Below, piece by piece: positions 17,012 through 20,046 of a stretch of DNA of 20,046 nt (within the stretch, counting starts at the first letter, position 1; every line of letters starts with the position of its first letter). A program made the translations under genes and the position numbers. The stretch covers positions 1 through 20,046 of the forward strand of contig CAZYCQ010000057.1 in the NCBI GenBank assembly GCA_964645535.1. The letters are read 5' to 3'. The notes beneath the pieces were generated by a model. It was not told where the DNA came from. It did no database searches and was given only the letters and a program-made list of their open reading frames with translations. The DNA is from an uncultured archaeon (GTDB lineage: Archaea > Asgardarchaeota > Heimdallarchaeia > Heimdallarchaeales > Kariarchaeaceae).

Positions 17012-17902
17012 CTACACCTCCGATTGATAAATTGGCAAGAAGTAATCTTCGAGGGTTGGAGGAGGGAGTAGAATATCGTCGATCTTATCAAGAGGAATGG
17101 AATTCAGGAAATCCTTTGCTGAAGAATCATAATACACGGTTATGGTCAACCCATCTGAAAAGATTTTTTTGATCTGTGGATTCTGCTCAAGGTTCTGCTT
17201 GACAGACACATCAGAAATTCTAAGAATGGCCTTCCTTGGAACTTGAGAAAGCAATTCATCGACCTTACCTGTTGCAACGATTGAACCCTCCTTGATCACG
17301 GTCACATGAGAACAGACTTCTTGCACTTCCGCGAGGATATGTGAAGAAAGGAAAACAGTACCTCCATTGTTTGTATATTCAATGAGAAGTTTATTGAACT
17401 CTTCCTGCATTAATGGATCAAGTCCAGTTGTCGGCTCATCTGCGATAACTATCTCGGGATCATGCATAAAGGCCTGCACAACACCAACCTTTTGCCTATT
17501 TCCTCGGCTGAGGTCTTTGCACAGCCTTCCCTCATCAAGCTGAAATCTGTTTACAAGTTCTTTTCTTCGAGGAGCTGAACCTCTAATTGATTCAATGAAG
17601 TCAAGATATTCTCCTACAGTATAATGAGAGTATAGCTCGAAATCTGAAGGAAGGTAACCGATCTTTCTCCGCGATTCCAATGATCCCGCGGGCTGATCAA
17701 AGATAGTGGCACTACCACCAGTAGGTTTGAGAAGACCGACGAGGATTCTGATTGTGGTAGTTTTTCCAGCCCCATTGGGTCCCAAAAAGCCGTGAATAGT
17801 GCCTTTTTCAACCGATAAATCGACATTTTCAATTCCGCGAAATTCACCATAATATTTCGTAAGTGAAGTGCATGTAATTGCCGTTCCTTCTTCGGATACC
17901 AT
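17012..17902 (-). CDS. ABC transporter ATP-binding protein (DrrA/CcmA-like exporter)
   Basis: Walker A GPNGAGKTT, signature LSRGN, Walker B IVIADEPT, D-loop GLDP and H-loop SSH. Confidence 0.97.
   Translation of the reverse strand: MVSEEGTAITCTSLTKYYGEFRGIENVDLSVEKGTIHGFLGPNGAGKTTTIRILVGLLKPTGGSATIFDQPAGSLESRRKIGYLPSDFELYSHYTVGEYLDFIESIRGSAPRRKELVNRFQLDEGRLCKDLSRGNRQKVGVVQAFMHDPEIVIADEPTTGLDPLMQEEFNKLLIEYTNNGGTVFLSSHILAEVQEVCSHVTVIKEGSIVATGKVDELLSQVPRKAILRISDVSVKQNLEQNPQIKKIFSDGLTITVYYDSSAKDFLNSIPLDKIDDILLPPPTLEDYFLPIYQSEV
17015..17021 (-). promoter_or_regulatory. Shine-Dalgarno GGAGGTG for the permease gene
   Basis: The minus strand reads TCGGAGGTGTAGAA-ATG. Confidence 0.7.
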
Positions 17903-17985
17903 AAACTAATAGGAATAGGGAGATAATTTAAGGATTACAGACGGACCACATGAATTTTGGACATTTAAGCCTTAATTTCCAATAA

Positions 17986-19134
17986 TTAAAATTTTGAATT
18001 TTTTTCATGGATGAATTCAATGGGATCAAAGGGCGAAAGGTCAAATTGTGGTTTGAGACCTTGCACTAGTTCTGAAAGTAATTTGCCCACCAATGGTGTG
18101 AACTTGAAGCCATGTCCAGAAAATCCTGCTGCAACAATAGCATTCTCATGATGGGGAAGCTTTCCGAGGATGAAATTCTCATTTCTAGTCATGGTATATC
18201 GACAATTGGTCGATCCGGAAGGGATAGGGGAAATACCGTTCATCCTTTTCTGAATAAATTTAGCCGTGCTGAAGAGTTGTTCCTGATGCAATGACTTTTG
18301 TGCTTCATTTGGATCAATTTCAGGGATAACTGGGGAAATATGTGTCGCAACCTTGATGAATCCCTCTTTTTCGAATTCTGGGAAACCATAATGGATTTCA
18401 CTGTCCCAATGGATGAAAATTGGCATTGTCTTGTAATTGATGTCGTGAGTCATGGTCTTCCAGAATGCATAGGTGAGACCCCATACAGAAACATCAGCCT
18501 TCATTTCCAATTTTGAAAGAAAAGGATTGATCCAGCTACCAACAGCAAGGATTATGTGTGACGCAAAGTATGATTCCAGAGGAGTTTGGATTTTGTATCG
18601 TTCAGAAACACGATTTATAGACTGGACGGGAGAAAGAGACTTGTATTTACCCCCCTGTTCCAAAAATAGATTGCACAATGCACGAAGCGTCAAATCAGGA
18701 TTGACGATACCGGAATCAGCCTGATAGACCCCTATGTAGTTCTCATCCACATTGAATTGGGGGAATTTCCGTTTCATTTCCTTGAAATCCAAAACTTCGT
18801 TGGGAAGATTTGCCTGTTTGTGGGCATCAAGAACCTTTTTCAAACCACCATCATCCTCCCTTCCAAAATCCAATCCTCCCTTTCGAAACAAAAGTTTACT
18901 TCCACTTTCATTTTCCAATTTTTCCCAAAGCCTATAGGCTTCTCTCATCATGTCGATGTAAAATGGTTCAGAATAAGAAAGACGGATGATCCTGGATTCC
19001 CCATGGGAAGACCCTTTGGAATGGAACATTTGGTATTGATCAAGAAGTAATGTTTTCAAGCCAGACTTTTGACACCAATAGGCAGCAGACAGTCCCATTG
19101 CCCCCGCTCCGACAACAACCACATCATAATCCAT
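17986..19134 (-). CDS. solA: Monomeric sarcosine oxidase / N-methyltryptophan oxidase / pipecolate oxidase family flavoenzyme
   Basis: YDVVVVGAGAMG, GSSHGESRIIR, CRYTMT (flavinylated Cys position) and GFSGHGFKF. ATG 19134 is preferred, with TTTTAAG ~24 nt upstream. The symbol reflects family; substrate is unknown. Confidence 0.92.
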   Translation of the reverse strand: MDYDVVVVGAGAMGLSAAYWCQKSGLKTLLLDQYQMFHSKGSSHGESRIIRLSYSEPFYIDMMREAYRLWEKLENESGSKLLFRKGGLDFGREDDGGLKKVLDAHKQANLPNEVLDFKEMKRKFPQFNVDENYIGVYQADSGIVNPDLTLRALCNLFLEQGGKYKSLSPVQSINRVSERYKIQTPLESYFASHIILAVGSWINPFLSKLEMKADVSVWGLTYAFWKTMTHDINYKTMPIFIHWDSEIHYGFPEFEKEGFIKVATHISPVIPEIDPNEAQKSLHQEQLFSTAKFIQKRMNGISPIPSGSTNCRYTMTRNENFILGKLPHHENAIVAAGFSGHGFKFTPLVGKLLSELVQGLKPQFDLSPFDPIEFIHEKNSKF

Positions 19135-19191
19135 GCCATTCCTAGATTGAAGCACTTAAAACCATTGAGAGAAAAGAAACGAAAATTGTCA

Positions 19192-20046
19192 TCATCTTCT
19201 GTAGATTTGGTAAATCTCATTGAGAGTTTTCTCTTTTGTTCCTTGCAGGAGAACACAGTTGGGTGCCAAAATAAGAGGTGAGCTATCTGGAAAGTCTGTG
19301 AGTTCAAGAATGCGAGATGTGTCTCCTTGCAAAATTGCGTCGGGACTGATTCCAGCAAGTAAACCGCCTTTGAATAGGGAACGGGCTTCCTCAATGGTTG
19401 GCCAGACATCATCATGCCAGTTAACCGCAGTTGGTTGAAATGCTTCAATAGCCTCTTTGAATAGAACCTGTTCACCATGGATATGAAGCACTGAAAATTC
19501 TCCTTTGTTGCTTTGAGAGAAATTCGAATTCAGCTTGATGATTTCAGTAAGAGTGTCTCTATCCAAGCCAGAAGAAAGATCTGCTTCCTGAGTCGCCATG
19601 AATATTCCGTCTACCCCAAAATCCACAGCAGCATTCATAAATTCTATAGTTACTTTATTGACAATTTTAAATGCATCAAGAACCTTTTCCCTATCTTTTA
19701 CGAAATGGTGGACAAATTGGTTCATTGAGAGTTTGCGCATCACCATCGTGGGTGAAAAAACCGTAAGCATTAACGGGAGGTTAGGTAAAGCATCACGCAA
19801 GGATTTGACAACCTGAAGTTGTTGTCCATAATGACCATCCAGGGGATCGACATAATCGATTTTTTCCCAATCATTGATTTCATTGACAATACAGGTTTTA
19901 CATGATGAACTGCCACTTTCACCATATTCAGGGGATCCCGGCTCAATCACACATCCGAAATCCACGACACAGTATCTGCCATGAATGGGAATTTTCAGGA
20001 TATCAGAAGGAAATTTCGCATTGAATTGAAGAACTTGATCGACAAG
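19192..20046 (-). CDS. Uroporphyrinogen decarboxylase (URO-D/MtaA-like) family protein, 5' end outside the window
   Basis: TVFSP, GVDGIFMA, LHIHG, AVNW, GGLLAGI and ILAPNC. The frame stays open upstream of 19965 to the window edge (LVDQVLQFNAKFPSDILKIPIHGRYCVVDFG). Confidence 0.85.
   Translation of the reverse strand, partial: LVDQVLQFNAKFPSDILKIPIHGRYCVVDFGCVIEPGSPEYGESGSSSCKTCIVNEINDWEKIDYVDPLDGHYGQQLQVVKSLRDALPNLPLMLTVFSPTMVMRKLSMNQFVHHFVKDREKVLDAFKIVNKVTIEFMNAAVDFGVDGIFMATQEADLSSGLDRDTLTEIIKLNSNFSQSNKGEFSVLHIHGEQVLFKEAIEAFQPTAVNWHDDVWPTIEEARSLFKGGLLAGISPDAILQGDTSRILELTDFPDSSPLILAPNCVLLQGTKEKTLNEIYQIYRR

Noticed and set aside
17510-17530. LSRGN as a catalytically dead ABC signature
   Set aside because: LS(R/K)G(N/M) is a common variant in this exporter subfamily and all other motifs are intact.
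19056-19478. 140-aa alternative-frame ORF and the other short shadow ORFs in the track (e.g. 13072-13467, 8925-9200)
   Set aside because: They overlap well-supported genes in other frames or strands and show no motifs.
1-20046. CRISPR array, tRNA/rRNA, IS/integrase or defence system
   Set aside because: No regularly spaced repeats, cloverleaf signatures, or transposase/integrase/nuclease motifs were seen, and intergenic gaps are mostly under 130 nt.

Overview
Gene-dense archaeal DNA, most consistent with an Asgard archaeon (Heimdallarchaeia-like). This lineage call is an inference from a Rab-like protein, a longin-like domain, a NosD/Ig-like surface protein with C-terminal anchor, and TATA boxes ~25 nt upstream of apparently leaderless starts. 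There are about 16 genes: a large multi-pass membrane protein, an M50 site-2 protease, a frameshifted SDR/epimerase, a 1,024-aa beta-helix surface protein, a peroxiredoxin-VIT1 operon, a 465-aa orphan, a degenerate Rab-like protein, an anchored surface protein, an M20 dipeptidase, a 7TM-longin fusion, a YdjM-like membrane hydrolase, an ABC-2 exporter, a sarcosine-oxidase-family flavoenzyme and a URO-D-family protein cut by the window end. I saw no rRNA, tRNA, CRISPR array or mobile element. The best leads are (1) a Rab-like pseudoGTPase that has lost all five G motifs but keeps the RabF motifs and aromatic triad, and (2) a 7TM receptor-like protein fused to a longin-like domain about 2.5 kb away. 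All family calls come from motif recognition by eye, not from database searches.
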